From: an uncultured delta proteobacterium
GTDB taxonomy: Bacteria > Desulfobacterota > Syntrophia > Syntrophales > UBA5619
DNA length: 64,000 bases
Reading direction: 5' to 3'
Assembly (NCBI GenBank): GCA_963817385.1
Contig: CAWFOM010000002.1
Coordinates: forward strand, 77,322 to 141,321
A program made the position numbers and the translations under genes. The stretch's first letter is position 1. The number at the start of each line of letters is the position of its first letter. Positions 39,582 through 51,490 of the stretch are shown here, piece by piece. The notes below the pieces were generated by a model. That model was not told the origin of the DNA. It worked only from the letters and a program-made list of their open reading frames with translations, and searched no databases.

Positions 39582-40361
39582 TTAAAAGGTCCCGGGATAT
39601 TTGCCGCCGTCGATCAGGAGGTTCTGCCCGGTGATGAAAGCGGCCTGGACGCTGCAAAGATAGGCGCAGTATTCGCCCAACTCGGCCGGATCACCAAACC
39701 TGCCCGCCGCGACCTGGCCGATCCGGATGGCCCGCATCTCCTCGTAGGTCCGGTTCTGGACCTTCGCCATGGCCTGCGTGTTGGATTTGTGGCGCTCGGT
39801 ATCGAAATCGCCGGGCAGCAGGTTGTTGACGGTTACGTTGTGTTTGGCCACCTCACGCGCGACCCCGGCAACGAAGCCGGTAAGGCCGGAGCGGGCGCCG
39901 TTTGAGAGCCCGAGGATGCTGATCGGGGCTTTCACCGCAGACGAGGTGATGTTCACGATGCGCCCGAACTTGCGGGCGATCATCCCGTCCACCGTGTCCT
40001 TGATCATGAATATGGCCCCCAGCATGTTGCCGTTGAGCGCCGCGATCCAGGCGGCGCGATCCCAATCGCGGAAGTTGCCGCTGGGCGGTCCGCCCGAGTT
40101 GTTGACCACGATGTCGGGCGCCGGACAGGCCTTGAGCACCGCCGCCCGTCCCTCGTCGGTGGTGATGTCTACGGCCACCGGCGTCACCTTCACGCCGGTC
40201 GCGGAGCGGATCTCCTCGGCCGCGGCTTCGATGTTGGCTCGCGTGCGCGCCACGATGGTCACGTCAACGCCCTCCCGGGCCAGCGACATGGCGCACGCTT
40301 TTCCCAGTCCCGCGCTCGCTCCTCCGATGATGGCTTTTTTCCCGGCAATCCCAAAATCCAT
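39582..40361 (-). CDS. SDR family oxidoreductase (atypical, 3-oxoacyl reductase-like)
   Basis: GGASAGLG, NNSGGPP, SNGARSGL, ITGQNLLIDGG. Confidence 0.9.
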   Translation of the reverse strand: MDFGIAGKKAIIGGASAGLGKACAMSLAREGVDVTIVARTRANIEAAAEEIRSATGVKVTPVAVDITTDEGRAAVLKACPAPDIVVNNSGGPPSGNFRDWDRAAWIAALNGNMLGAIFMIKDTVDGMIARKFGRIVNITSSAVKAPISILGLSNGARSGLTGFVAGVAREVAKHNVTVNNLLPGDFDTERHKSNTQAMAKVQNRTYEEMRAIRIGQVAAGRFGDPAELGEYCAYLCSVQAAFITGQNLLIDGGKYPGTF

Positions 40362-40435
40362 ACGTTTCTCTCCTTCCCCGCAATGCCTGGCGGCTGTTTA
40401 TTTGTTCTACACTTCCCCGGCTTGTCGATACACGG

Positions 40436-41090
40436 TTAAGTGTTCTGCGCCATATATTTCTGCAATGCCTCCATCGTACGCTCCTTTTGTTCTTTGATCA
40501 GATGGTCGGCCTGATCCTGATCCTTCAACGTGAGCACCTCAATGATCTTTTTGTGCTCCTCCACAGCGGCGAGGGCTCGCTCGGGCACATACGAGAAGAC
40601 ACTCGGCCAGCGTTCGAAGGTATCCCAAAGATCGCAGATCATCTTATACAGGCGATGGAAAGGCGCCGCCTTGTAGATTCTCAGGTGAAACTCCTTATTC
40701 AGGCCGCCGAGATTTTCATATTTGTTCTGCTGTATCGCAATTTCCATTTCGTCGTTCTTTTTGTTCAGAAACTCGATATCCTTATCGGTGATATGGGGAC
40801 TTGCCAGCCTCGCGGCGAGCGCCTCCAACTCGCTCCGGATGAGGTAAATTTCCACAAGTTCATGCTCATCAATCTTCGTAACAATTGCACCCGTGTGGGG
40901 GGTAAAATAGCACATACCCATCGCTTTCCAGCCTTCTTATCGCTTCCCGGACCGGCGTCTCGCTCAAGCCGAATGATTTTGCAAGATCCGCCATGACGAT
41001 CTTTTGGCCGGGCTTCAGCTTTCCTTTTATGATCGCCTGTCGCAATTTCTTATAGACGGCCACATTTTTTGTTTTAGAGGCAATCGGCAT
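40436..41090 (-). CDS. GntR/FCD transcriptional regulator, +1 frameshift near 40920
   Basis: wHTH (LKPGQKI..SETPVREAIRRLE) in one frame and FCD domain (NKEFH..EEH) in the next; joins to 217 aa. Confidence 0.88.
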
Positions 41091-41117
41091 AGCGGGCAGC
41101 ACCCTTTTCAAGTGTCT

Positions 41118-41163
41118 ATTCTATAGGATTTCAGCCTATATCCTATAGGATTATAGAAGTCAA
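41118..41163 (-). promoter_or_regulatory. GntR operator pair overlapping a sigma70 promoter
   Basis: Palindrome ATCCTATAGGAT (41140-41151) and 1-mismatch copy ATTCTATAGGAT (41118-41129); minus strand TTGACT-N17-TATAGG. Confidence 0.65.
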
Positions 41164-41354
41164 TGCCTTTTCATTTCGTTTTCTGAATACCATCATCATT
41201 TATTTGATATAATTTACCTTTTCATTTATCTTACACCACCTTCCGGTGACTCTCCAACCGCAATACATGACAAAATATTTCTTGACAAGGAGGATATCTA
41301 CTGTTAGATCTGCAACCCGATGTTCTTACCAAAATCCACTCTTAGAGGTGTCAG

Positions 41355-42185
41355 ATGCCAGCGGGGAAAACGGTAATTGAAGCCAAGGATGTTTTTCGCG
41401 CATTCATCGCCAGGGGGGACGGGGGGAAACGATATCCCATTCTCGCCCTGCAGGATGCGAACCTCGCAATCGAGGAAGGCGAGTTTGTCAGTTTCGTCGG
41501 TCCATCCGGCTGCGGGAAATCCACGCTCCTCAACATGGTCGCGGGCATTTTCCAGCCCACGGCGGGCGAAGTGCGCTACAAAGGCAAACCTGTAACCGGA
41601 ATCAATACCGACGTCGGATACATGACCCAGGATGACAACCTTCTCCCCTGGCGCACGCTTCGTGACAATGTCGAAGTGGCGCTGGAGTTTCAGGGCATGC
41701 CGACCGAAGAGCGGCACGAACGGGCGGCGGAGTATATCGCCAAGGTGGGCCTCTGCGGTTTCGAGAACCATTTTCCGCACGAGCTCTCGGGGGGAATGCG
41801 CAAGCGGTGCGCGCTGGTGCGAACCCTGATCTATGAGCCGGACATCATCCTGATGGACGAGCCGTTCGGGCCTCTGGACGCCCAGACGCGGGTCATCCTC
41901 CAGGATGAACTCCTCAAGCTCTGGGATGGCACCGGCAAGACGATCGTCTTCGTGACACACGACCTGGTGGAGGCGATCGCGCTTTCCGACCGGATCGTCC
42001 TGTTCAGCCGGGCGCCGGGGAGGATCAAGCAGGTGTACAAGGTACCGCTGAAACGTCCCCGCGATGTATTTCACATCCATTCCGAACCGGCGTTTCCCGA
42101 GTTCTTCGACCGGCTATGGCGCGACCTGAAGGAAGAGATTACCGAAGTGGAATTGAAAGGTAATACGAAATTGAGGACGAAATAA
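41355..42185 (+). CDS. NitT/TauT family ABC ATP-binding protein
   Basis: GPSGCGKS, LLPWRT, LSGGMRKR, MDEPFGPLD, FVTHD. Confidence 0.93.
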   Translation: MPAGKTVIEAKDVFRAFIARGDGGKRYPILALQDANLAIEEGEFVSFVGPSGCGKSTLLNMVAGIFQPTAGEVRYKGKPVTGINTDVGYMTQDDNLLPWRTLRDNVEVALEFQGMPTEERHERAAEYIAKVGLCGFENHFPHELSGGMRKRCALVRTLIYEPDIILMDEPFGPLDAQTRVILQDELLKLWDGTGKTIVFVTHDLVEAIALSDRIVLFSRAPGRIKQVYKVPLKRPRDVFHIHSEPAFPEFFDRLWRDLKEEITEVELKGNTKLRTK

Positions 42186-43066
42186 TGGCATACACGTGCG
42201 AAAGTCAGACGATGAAGGGTGCGGAGGAGGGAAGCCGAGGTCAGCAGATCCTCCGCGAAACGGAGATCAAGGACAACGCGCTCGAGCGGAAGCACAACCG
42301 CGACACGCGGGTTGGGCAGGTGCTCCTGGGGGTTGTGCTGTTCTGCCTCTGGGAATTCGGCTCCGGCGTCATCGTTGACCAGTTCTTTGTCAGCAAGCCC
42401 AGCAAGATTCTGGAGTCCATCTGGGGCATGCTCGTCAAGGAAGAGCTTCTCTACCACATGCAGTTCACGGTCACCGAAGCGCTGGTCGGCTATGCCATCG
42501 GCGCCGGCGCCGGGCTCTTGTCGGGCTTCCTCCTCGCCCGGATCGACCTGGTTTACCGCATCGTTCAGCCGTTCATCATCGGCTTTTACGGAATCCCCCG
42601 GATCGCCCTGGCGCCGCTGTTCATTCTCTGGTTCGGAATCGGAATAAGCTCGAAGATAGCGGTGGCGGCGGTCATGGTATTCTTCATCGTGCTGATCAAC
42701 ACGATCGCCGGCATCCGCTCCGTCCCGGTGCAACTCCTGCAGGTGACAAAAGTGATGGGCGCATCCGAATGGGATCTCAACTGGAAGGTCATCTTTCCGT
42801 CCGCGACCCCGTTCATCATCGCCGGCCTGCAGATTGCGGTGCCCCAGGCGATGATCGGGGCCATCGTCGGCGAGTTCATCTCCAGTAACCGGGGCGTCGG
42901 ACATCTGATCAACAAGGCGTCCGGCTGGCTCGATACCCCCGGTCTTTTTGCCGGGATCTTTGCACTGATGATCGTGGTGCTGCTGATGAACTACGGGGTC
43001 ACCGTGCTCGGCAATCGGCTAATGCGTTGGAACCCGAAGTACGGAAACATGCGGGAACCGGTGTAA
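42185..43066 (+). CDS. NitT/TauT family ABC permease
   Basis: PRIALAPLFILWFGIG and GAIVGEF...G.G motifs. Confidence 0.92.
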   Translation: MAYTCESQTMKGAEEGSRGQQILRETEIKDNALERKHNRDTRVGQVLLGVVLFCLWEFGSGVIVDQFFVSKPSKILESIWGMLVKEELLYHMQFTVTEALVGYAIGAGAGLLSGFLLARIDLVYRIVQPFIIGFYGIPRIALAPLFILWFGIGISSKIAVAAVMVFFIVLINTIAGIRSVPVQLLQVTKVMGASEWDLNWKVIFPSATPFIIAGLQIAVPQAMIGAIVGEFISSNRGVGHLINKASGWLDTPGLFAGIFALMIVVLLMNYGVTVLGNRLMRWNPKYGNMREPV

Positions 43067-43102
43067 GTGTAACAAACGCTTTTATCAAGGAAGGGGAACG
43101 GT

Positions 43103-44131
43103 ATGGAACTAAACGGAAAATGGCGGTTGGGGATCAGTTTCCTGGTCATCGGAATGCTGATCGGAGTTTCGGACATGAGCGCCTATGCGCAAGGGCAGAA
43201 GATTAAGGTTCGCGAAGCGCACACGGAAACGCTGTTCATGGCGCCCGTGTACATCGCGGAAGCAGCCGGGTATATGGCCGAAGAAGGGATCGATCTGGAA
43301 CTGACCGAGGTGGACAGCGGGTCGCTGGCGATCGCGGCCCTCGTCTCCGGCGGCGTTCAGTTCGTGGACGCCGATCCGTTCATGGCGGTCCAGCTTGCCA
43401 AACAGGACAAGTCGATCCAGTTCATCTATAACCTGACCAAGCGGGTCACCCTCGACATGGTGATATCCAAGGAGATGATCGCCGCGAAGAAGCTCAGCCG
43501 GAGCATGCCGATCGCCCAGCGGTTCGCGGCCCTGAAGGGCATGAAGCTCGGGATCACCAAACCGGGTGCGGCGACCGACGTCTACATGCGCTACTACCTG
43601 AAAAGGGCCGGGATCGATTCGGAGCGGGATGTGCAGATCGTGACGGCGGGCGGCGGGTCGGCCCTGCTGGCGGGCATGAAAACCAAGCAGATCGATGCAT
43701 TCCACCTCTCCGCCCCGACGCCGTATCTCGCGCAGCGCGAAGGGTTCGGCGAGGTGATCATCAAGGCTTCGGCGGGCGACGTACCGGAACTGGACAACTT
43801 CCTCTACACGGGGGTCGCCGTCAGCAAGGAGTACGCCGAGAAGAACCCCGATGTGGTCAGGCGGTGGGCCAAGGCGGTGACCAAGGCCAATGTCCTGATG
43901 CGGAAGGACGAGGCCGCGTCGCTCAAGTACCTGAAAAAGTACTTCCCCCGCATGCCGGATGACGTGATGGCCCTCGCGATGAAAGAGATCATGCCGGCCC
44001 TCTCCGCGGACGGGACGATGAACGAGCAGATGATGCAGAAGCACCTCGACTTCCTCGAGGACACCAAGCAAGTCGACTCGACGCCTTCCGGCAAGGAAGG
44101 GGTGCTCTGGACGAACGCCTACCTGAAGTAA
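43103..44131 (+). CDS. NitT/TauT (SsuA/NMT1-like) substrate-binding protein
   Basis: Signal peptide; PVYIA..GY..EEGID, LKGMKLGITKPGAATD. Confidence 0.9.
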   Translation: MELNGKWRLGISFLVIGMLIGVSDMSAYAQGQKIKVREAHTETLFMAPVYIAEAAGYMAEEGIDLELTEVDSGSLAIAALVSGGVQFVDADPFMAVQLAKQDKSIQFIYNLTKRVTLDMVISKEMIAAKKLSRSMPIAQRFAALKGMKLGITKPGAATDVYMRYYLKRAGIDSERDVQIVTAGGGSALLAGMKTKQIDAFHLSAPTPYLAQREGFGEVIIKASAGDVPELDNFLYTGVAVSKEYAEKNPDVVRRWAKAVTKANVLMRKDEAASLKYLKKYFPRMPDDVMALAMKEIMPALSADGTMNEQMMQKHLDFLEDTKQVDSTPSGKEGVLWTNAYLK

Positions 44132-44154
44132 CCGGGCATTCTCGTAGGTGAAAA

Positions 44155-44189
44155 CAAAAGCGCCGGGGGAAACACCCCCGGCGCTTTGT
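44155..44189 (+). terminator. Terminator-like hairpin after the SBP gene
   Basis: AAAGCGCCGGGGG-AAACA-CCCCCGGCGCTTT. Confidence 0.6.
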
Positions 44190-44201
44190 CAGGAGGAGAA
44201 C

Positions 44202-45192
44202 ATGCAGCAACGCAAACTCGGGACAAACGGACCTCTCGTCTCGGCGCAAGGTCTGGGGTGCATGGGCATGTCGATCAGCTACGGCGAGCCCAACGACGAA
44301 GAATCGATCGCAACCATTCACCGTGCGCTGGAGCTTGGCGTTAATTTTATTGTAACCTCCGACGCTTACGGAGGCGGGGTGAATGAAGAACTGGTGGGTC
44401 GCGCCTTGAAAGGCAAGCGCAGCGCCGTATTGATCGGGACGAAATTCGGCAATCTCCGGCGTGCCGGAGGCACCACGTCCGGCTTGACCGGCGGCCATCC
44501 CGATTATGTGCCGCAGGCATGCGATGCATCGCTCAGACGCCTCGGTGTCGATGTGATTGATGTATACGGCCTGCACCGGGTCGATCCGACGGTTCCGATC
44601 GAAGATACCGTCGGCGCGATGAAACGACTCGTCGAACAGGGGAAGGTGCGTTATCTCGCCCTGTCGGAAGCGGGCCCTCAGACGATACGCCGTGCACAAA
44701 AAGTGCATCCGATCGCCGCGCTCGAAACCGAATATTCGCTGTGGAGCCGCGACGCCGAAAACGGCGTTCTGCCGACATGCCGGGAACTCGGCATCGGTTA
44801 TATGGCATATTCCCCGCTCGGCCGCGGCTTCCTGACCGCCACCATCAAGAATCTGGACACGCTGTTATCGAAAGACCGGCGGCACGACCACCCGCGTTTC
44901 AATCCGGACAATTTCAAGCGCAACGTACGGACTGCTCGCCCCGATCGAAAAGATCGCATCGGATAGAAAGTGCACGCCGGCGCAAGTGGCGCTGGCCTGG
45001 TTGATGGCGCAGGGCAACGACATCGTGCCGATCCCCGGCACCAAGCACCGCAGCTATCTCGAACAAAATGTCGCAGCCATCGACATCAGCCTCTCGCGTG
45101 ACGAGATCGATACGTTAACCAAAGCTTTTCCGATCGGCATCGCCGCGGGAACCCGCTATCCGGCAAAACAGATGGAAACGGTGGGCATATAA
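44202..45192 (+). CDS. Aldo/keto reductase, +1 frameshift near 44930
   Basis: [32 protein letters not shown], then PIPGTK in the shifted frame; joins to 329 aa. Confidence 0.9.
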
Positions 45193-45285
45193 GATATCAA
45201 CATAGATGGCGGGAGACGCTTCGGCAAAAACTCCTTGACAGGCAAAACAGTTCTTCGTATTTCTCTTTAAAAAAAGGAGGCATTC

Positions 45286-46312
45286 ATGTCCTGGATTCGA
45301 ACATTTTCATTCCTTATGCTTATCTGCACTTCAATTTTGTCGCCGCAGGCAGCCGAACCGGCCGCCTTTACACCCGACAAGGCCGACATGGCAGCAGCCA
45401 AAGCGGGAGGGGACGGTCACCTGGTATACGTCCACCCCGGTCGAGGCAGCCCAGAAAATCGGCAAATTGTTCGAGGATCAGACAGGACTCAAGGTGCAAC
45501 TCTTTCGTTCGGGCGGCTCCGCCGTGCTCCGCCGGTTCCAGCAGGAGATCGACGCCAAGAAGACGATCGCCGATGTCCTGACGGTCTCCGATTCCGCTGC
45601 AATGAGCACCCTGATCAAGCGCGACATGCTTGTGCCGTTCAGGCCGAGGAATTTCGAGAAAGTGCCGGCAGAAGCAAAGGACGCGCAGGGACACTATATC
45701 GCCCAGCGGTTGAACCTGGTCGTTATCATCGCACGGGCCGACAAAGGTCTGGATATGCCGAAGAACTGGACAGACCTGACCGATCCGAAATACAAAGGGA
45801 AGATGGTGATGCCGGATCCCTCATTCACCGCGAACCAACTCATGGCCGTAGGCACATTGTCTAAAAAGTACGGCTGGGGCTTCTATGAGAAGCTGAAGGC
45901 CAATGACATCATGATCGTTCAGGGAAACCAGCAGGTATCGGATACCTTGAAGAGCGGCGAGCGTTTGCTTGCCGCCTCGGGAACGGATTCGTACGCATGG
46001 AACGACCGCGAGGACGGCCACAAGATCCAGACGATCTTTCCGACCGACGGCGTCTTTGTGATCCCGGCGCCGACCGCGGTAATCAAAGGCGCCCCGCATC
46101 CGAACGCCGCCAAGGCATTCGCCGAGTTCATGATCAGTGACGCGGTCCAGACCATGATTCCGAAAGAAGGAAACTATGCCGGCCGTTCAGATATCGGTCC
46201 GCCAGCCGGCAACCCTCAGTTGAACACCGTCAAGATCCTTCCTGTGGACTACGACTATATCGAGAAGGAGTCCGGAAACATCAAGAAAAAGTTCAACGAG
46301 ATATTCCAGTAA
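45286..46312 (+). CDS. Fe3+/polyamine/thiamine-class ABC substrate-binding protein, +1 frameshift near 45405
   Basis: Signal peptide in ORF 45286, then EGTVTWYTS..., PKNWTDL.DPKYKG and APHPNAAKAF; joins to 341 aa. Confidence 0.85.
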
Positions 46313-46370
46313 GCACCGTGAGCAGTGGCCGGGTTCCTATCGGTAACGCGTCTCGTATGAGGAGGGTCAC

Positions 46371-48091
46371 GTGGAGCAAGCGCTTCCGGCGACAAAGCAG
46401 GTGGCCGGCTGGGGAAAGAACCTGCGCATGGAACAGGTTGTGGTCGCCGGTGCGATGCTGTCGTTGCTCGTTCTCGTTGTCCTTCCCCTCGCATCGCTCG
46501 TATGGGGCAGCATTACCGAGGATGGACGTTTCACCCTGGTCCATTTCGGCCGCGCCTTCAGCGAGAGGCTCTATTTCCAGGCCCTGGTAAATTCCCTTAT
46601 CCTCGGCGCCTGGACCGGTTTGTTGAGCATCGTGATCGGGCTCCCGATGGCTTGGGCTGTCAGTCGCACCGACCTGCCCGGGAAAGGGTTTGTCCGGGTG
46701 ACGGCGAACATCGCCTATATCACCCCGCCTTTTCTGACCGCAATCGCCTTCGTCAACCTCTTCAGCCCCAACGCGGGCCTGATCAATCGGTTCTTCCGCG
46801 ACGCCTTGGGCCTCCCCTTCCTGACATTCAATATCTTCTCGATGCGGGGCATGGTCCTGGTCACGGTCCTCCACACATTCCCGTTCGTCTTCCTCCTGGC
46901 GTCCAGTGCATTGGAATCGGTGGACGCCTCGCTGGAGCAATCGGCTCAGATCCTCGGATCGAGCCGCTGGCGCACCGCACTGAAGATAGCCGCGCCTTTG
47001 GTGGCGCCATCGGTCCTCTCCGGCGCGTTGCTGGCCTTTGTAAACGCCATCGCCCTGTTCGGCTCCCAAGCCATTATCGGCCTTCCGGGACGCGTCTTCA
47101 CCCTGCCGACCCGAATTTACAGCCTCTTCGACTACCCGCCTCAGTATGGCCTCGCTTCCGCGCTGTCCTTGATCTTTGTCGCCATCACCGTCCTGGCGCT
47201 ATGGCTGCAGCGGTCGTATCTGGCGAAACGATCTTACATCACGCTGGCGGGAAAGGGTGTCCGGCCCCAGCTTATCGCACTTGGCGGGGCTCGCTGGATT
47301 CTTCTGGCCTTCTGCGCCGTCATCTTTCTGGTGGCCGTTGCCGCCCCGTATCTGTCGCTTCTCGCCGTCTCCCTCAGCAAGTCGTGGGGCCTACGTTTCT
47401 GGGAGAACCTTACGCTGGCAAATTACCAATTCATCCTGTTCAAGTACGACGTAACCCAGCGCGCGATCATGAACAGCCTATTTCTGGCAGCGGCAGCGGC
47501 TACCATTGCGGTCCTCCTGGGCGCCGTCATTAGTTGGGTGGACCTCCGAACGAATGTCTGGGGCCGCCGGCTGTTGGATTACGCTTCCCTGATTCCCCTT
47601 GGACTTCCCGGAATCGTGATCGCGGTCGCCCTGCTCCAGTTCTGGCTGCGGATGCCGGTGCCGATTTATGGAACCCTGACAATCATTCTCCTGGCCTATA
47701 TCAGTAGATTTATCCCCCTGGGAGTGCGCGCTTCCAGCGCCGCGCTCCGCCAAGTGGATCCCGCCCTGGAGGAAGCGGCCCGCATCGGCGGAGCAAGCTG
47801 GGTGCGCACGATGCGGAAGATAACGCTTCCCTTGATCCGGCCGGGCCTCTTCGCCGGCTGGCTCCTGGTGTTTGTACCGGCCATCCAGGAGCTGAGCGCC
47901 TCCATTCTTCTGTTCACCTCGGATTCCATGACCCTGGCGGTGGCGGTTTACAATCTCTATGAAAGCGGTTATCGCGAGGCGGTGGCTGCGTTGGCAATAT
48001 TGAACATGCTCATCATCAGCGCCGCGATCGCGCTGGCGACCCGGCTCGGCCGGGGCGGGATGAAAGGGCAGAACCCGGAGGTAAGCTCCTG

Positions 48092-48092
<1 letters not shown>
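46371..48092 (+). CDS. FbpB-type fused ABC permease
   Basis: ~12 TM with two EAA loops ([18 protein letters not shown]). Confidence 0.92.
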
Positions 48093-49170
<1,078 letters not shown>

Positions 49171-49190
49171 GAACCGAGGAGAAACCCATC

Positions 49191-50111
49191 ATGGCTATTG
49201 CAGACACACCGGCACCCGTCACCGGAGAGGAGCACTGGGCCTTCAAGCGTGAGATCCGCCTGTTTCTCTGGGAGAAATTCGTGGGAACGCCGGACAATAA
49301 GGCCGCTATCGTATTCGTCCACGGCTCCTCGATGGCGTCGCAACCCAGTTACGATCTTCAGGTCCCCGGCCGCCCAAGCTCATCGGTCATGGACCATTTC
49401 GCCCGCCTCGGTTACGACACCTGGTGCGTGGATATGGAGGGTTACGGACGTTCCGACAAGCACCGCGACATCAACGCCGATATCGCCACCGGCGCGGACG
49501 ATCTGGAAGCCGCCGCCGACTATATCGCCCGCACCCGCGGGGTCCAATCTTTCCTGATGTACGGCATCTCCTCCGGCGCCCTCAGGGCCGCCCTCTTCGC
49601 CCAGCGCCATCCGGAGCGGATCAAGCGACTTGCGCTCGACGCCTTCGTCTGGACCGGCCAGGGAAGCCCGACCCTCGCCAATCGCCGGAAACGCCTGCCC
49701 GAGTACCAGAGCAGGAACCGCCGCCCGATCGATCGGGACTTCGTCCGATCGATCTTCACCCGCGACCATCCGGGTAGTGCGGACGAGAGGACGATTGAAG
49801 CCTTCGCCGATGCGATCCTGGCCCTCGACGACTCGGTGCCGACCGGCACCTACGTGGATATGTGCATCAACCTGCCGGTCGTAGACCCCGAAAAAATCGC
49901 CTGCCCGACCATCATCATGCGGGGCCAGTATGATGGAATCGCCGCTTTTAATGATCTGATTGAGTTCTTCAAGCGGCTGCCCAACCCGGATAAACAATTC
50001 GCGGTGATGCCGGGGATCGCTCATGCCAGCTTCAAGCAGAAGAACTACCTGATAGTCCTCCACATCATGGAGGCATTCTTCGGCCAGCCCGATCCGGTTT
50101 ACCGCGGGTAA
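49191..50111 (+). CDS. Alpha/beta hydrolase
   Basis: FVHGSS, DMEGYGRS, nucleophile elbow GISSG, RGQYDG, IAHAS. Confidence 0.88.
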   Translation: MAIADTPAPVTGEEHWAFKREIRLFLWEKFVGTPDNKAAIVFVHGSSMASQPSYDLQVPGRPSSSVMDHFARLGYDTWCVDMEGYGRSDKHRDINADIATGADDLEAAADYIARTRGVQSFLMYGISSGALRAALFAQRHPERIKRLALDAFVWTGQGSPTLANRRKRLPEYQSRNRRPIDRDFVRSIFTRDHPGSADERTIEAFADAILALDDSVPTGTYVDMCINLPVVDPEKIACPTIIMRGQYDGIAAFNDLIEFFKRLPNPDKQFAVMPGIAHASFKQKNYLIVLHIMEAFFGQPDPVYRG

Positions 50112-50164
50112 AGGCCGCTGCCGGCTTTGACGCCGGCGAATATCATATCGTAAGGAGAAAATCA

Positions 50165-51388
50165 TTGGAAAAAATCAAAGTCAAAAATCCCGTCGTCGAA
50201 CTTGACGGCGATGAAATGGCCCGGGTGATCTGGGGCTGGATCCGGGAGGAGCTCATCCTGCCCTATCTCGACATCGAACTGGTTTACTTCGATTATCACC
50301 TCCTGAACCGAGACCGGACCGAAAACCAGGTCGTCCTCGACGCTGTCGAGGCGATCAAGAAATACCGCGTCGGCGCTAAATGTGCCGCCATCAATCCCGA
50401 CCAGGCGAGGGTGAAGGAGTACGGCCTCAAGAAGGCCTGGAAGTCGCCCAACAGCGGGACCCGCAACCGGATCGGCGGCACGCTCTTCCGTCAGCCGATC
50501 GTGATGAAAAACATCCCCCGGCTGGTTCCCGGCTGGATCAAGCCGATCGTCGTGGCCCGCCACGGCTTCGGCGATCTTTTCGGGGGCGCTGATTTCACCC
50601 TGCCGCCGGGGGGGAGCACGGTACTTCTGCGGTATCTCCCCCACGGCGTGGGGAAGCCCGTCGAGATCGAGGTCTGCGACATCGAAGGGGCCGGCGCCGC
50701 CCTGGGCATCTTCAACACGGAGGAGTCCGTCCGCGGCTTTGCGTTTTCCTGCATGAATTTCGGCCTGGAGCGGGGCTATCCCGTCTATCTGGGAACCAAA
50801 AACACGGAGCTGGAACATTACGACGGCTTGTTCAAGAACACGTTCCAGGAGGTTTACGAGACCCGGTTCAAGGAGCGCTTCGCGGCGAAAGGGATCCACT
50901 ACGAACACCACATGGTGGACGAGCTGGCCGCCTTCGCGATCAAGTCCTCGGGCGGTTTCGTCTGGGCGTGCAAGAACTACGACGGGGACGTCCTGTCGGA
51001 CATGGTGGCGGCAGGCTTCGGGTCGTTGGGACTGATGGCCTCGATGCTCCTGACGCCGGACGGCAAGACCGTCCTGACCGAAGCGGCGCACGGGACGATC
51101 ACCCGCCACTTCCGCGAACACCAAGCCGGCCGGGAGACCTCAACCAATCCCGTCGCCTCGATCTTCGCCTGGTCGCGCGCAGTGTATTATCGGGGGCTCT
51201 TCGACGCCACGTCCGAGGTGCAGGCGTTTGCCGCGGCCCTCGAGAAGGCATGCATCGACACGGTCGAGGCGGGTCACCTGACGAAGGATCTGGCGACGCT
51301 GACCGGAGGCTCCTCCTGGCTGACGACGCGGCAGTTCCTGGCGAAGATCAAGGAATCTCTGGAGAGAAACCTCGCTTCACAGAGCTGA
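50165..51388 (+). CDS. NADP-isocitrate dehydrogenase-like paralog with divergent active site
   Basis: Full-length homolog of the adjacent icd ([34 protein letters not shown]) but KCAAIN, SPNSGTR and GDLF instead of KCATIT, SPNGTIR and GDQY; TTG start after AAGGAG. Confidence 0.9.
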   Translation: MEKIKVKNPVVELDGDEMARVIWGWIREELILPYLDIELVYFDYHLLNRDRTENQVVLDAVEAIKKYRVGAKCAAINPDQARVKEYGLKKAWKSPNSGTRNRIGGTLFRQPIVMKNIPRLVPGWIKPIVVARHGFGDLFGGADFTLPPGGSTVLLRYLPHGVGKPVEIEVCDIEGAGAALGIFNTEESVRGFAFSCMNFGLERGYPVYLGTKNTELEHYDGLFKNTFQEVYETRFKERFAAKGIHYEHHMVDELAAFAIKSSGGFVWACKNYDGDVLSDMVAAGFGSLGLMASMLLTPDGKTVLTEAAHGTITRHFREHQAGRETSTNPVASIFAWSRAVYYRGLFDATSEVQAFAAALEKACIDTVEAGHLTKDLATLTGGSSWLTTRQFLAKIKESLERNLASQS

Positions 51389-51490
51389 TCGCATCCGGCG
51401 GGAAATCCGCTTGCGCATGGGCCGCAAATCGGGTATAAGCCCGGATCGCATCAGGTCAGACAAACAGACGCAATTTCATCGGGGGAAACC

